Both the position numbers and the translations under genes were made by a program. Source: Callorhinchus milii (lineage: Eukaryota). Taken from it: 64,000 nt of DNA. This document shows, piece by piece, positions 62,935 through 64,000 of the stretch. The stretch's first letter is position 1, and every line of letters starts with the position of its first letter. The notes under the pieces were generated by a model that saw only the letters and a program-made list of their open reading frames with translations, searched no databases and was not told the DNA's origin. The DNA is taken from the NCBI RefSeq assembly GCF_018977255.1, contig NW_024704742.1, positions 41,294,001-41,358,000 of the forward strand, given 5' to 3'.

Positions 62935-63330
62935 TTTGCATTCATATAGCACCTGATCAAGCCAAAACATTTTAAAGCACTTCACAAGTAATTACGTTCA
63001 AGTGCAATACGTTTTTTTGTAGACAAATGCGGCAGGAATTTTGGGCACAGCATTTAAAGCCAATCTGGAATATTGTTAGGCAGGAGATCAGAAAAAAAAT
63101 TCTTCTCTTTTTGAATAGTATCATAGGACATTAATGTCCAATTGAACAGCTAGACGGGACCTTGGTTGAACATTCCTTCCAATGTATAGCACTTCTGGTT
63201 CTGCAGTACACACCTCCCTCAATATTGGACAGAAGTGTCAAGCGAGATTGTGAGCTCATATCCAAATGAAGACACAGAACTCACAACCATCTGAAACAAA
63301 GAGCAGAATGCTAGCAACTGGTCCACGATA
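62935..63330 (-). mobile_element. Old Deu-domain SINE
   Basis: Degenerate reverse complement of the 2694 and 53005 elements. Confidence 0.65.
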
Positions 63331-63769
63331 ACACCGGTGTGTATTTCTCAAATGTAAGCGTGCCATTTACACACAATATACATTTATACCAAGTTTTAGT
63401 AAAGTGATTTTGGAGACAGCGTCTGAAGCTTGTAATATTATTTGAGACTTTTTAAAAAAAAAACAAGAATAAGATAACTTTAGATCTGCCGTGTTCGAAT
63501 GCTGATACCTTGTGTTTTCCTCAGTGAGGTATGAATTACACAACTAAATTAAGGCAATAAAATTAGCGATTCAAGATCAAATTTTGCTGGAAATAACTCA
63601 TTAATTGGATCGAAAGTGATGGTGAGGAAGTGCAGTATTTGACATGAGAAGAATGTAAATCATGATATTTGACAGCAGTAATAATCTTTCAGGCCATGTT
63701 TACTGAAATCATATATGTTATTGAGATGCAAGCTGAAACAAAGGATTTGATTTTTGGGTTAGTAATTAT

Positions 63770-64000
63770 TAATAATAATAACAATAATAATAATCCTTAC
63801 ATTTGGTATAGCACCTTTTATAATGGGAGTATGTCCCAAAACCCTTCACAGAATATTCTGTAAGATGCAATGACTGTGTTTTGTGGGTGAAATTGTCCCT
63901 TAGGAGCATAAAGTGGGTGATCACCCACAAATTACACAGTCACTACACTTTACAGTAAACCTGTGAAGCGCTTTGAGATGTCCTTCCCGTAAAAAGGCGT
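63770..64000. mobile_element. Two SINE tail fragments in opposite orientations
   Basis: 63770-63895 matches the tail on -, 63915-64000 matches it on +. Confidence 0.7.

Overview
This is eukaryotic (vertebrate) genomic DNA. The repeat content (L2 and CR1 LINEs, Penelope, Deu-domain tRNA SINEs) suggests a cartilaginous fish, possibly a chimaera; the taxon is an inference. Two convergent spliced genes are present. (1) On +, the last 11 coding exons of an intron-containing HASPIN/GSG2 histone H3T3 kinase (2209-13613), with all splice phases consistent. (2) On -, 15 coding exons of FAM184B (57140 down to the stop at 17906); its first exon lies beyond the window. The FAM184B chain shows two apparent 1-nt frame deficits, each next to an A-run (about 32134 and 22744), most simply homopolymer sequencing errors. 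Introns and intergenic DNA are dense in transposon relics: L2 3' fragments, two young tRNA-SINE subfamilies sharing an L2 3' stem-loop, older SacSINE1-like SINEs, CR1 fragments, a Penelope fragment, a Tigger-like MITE and an unclassified ~1 kb element bounded by direct repeats. I found no convincing new biological system. Exon boundaries were read by hand from GT/AG sites and frame; repeat boundaries are approximate.
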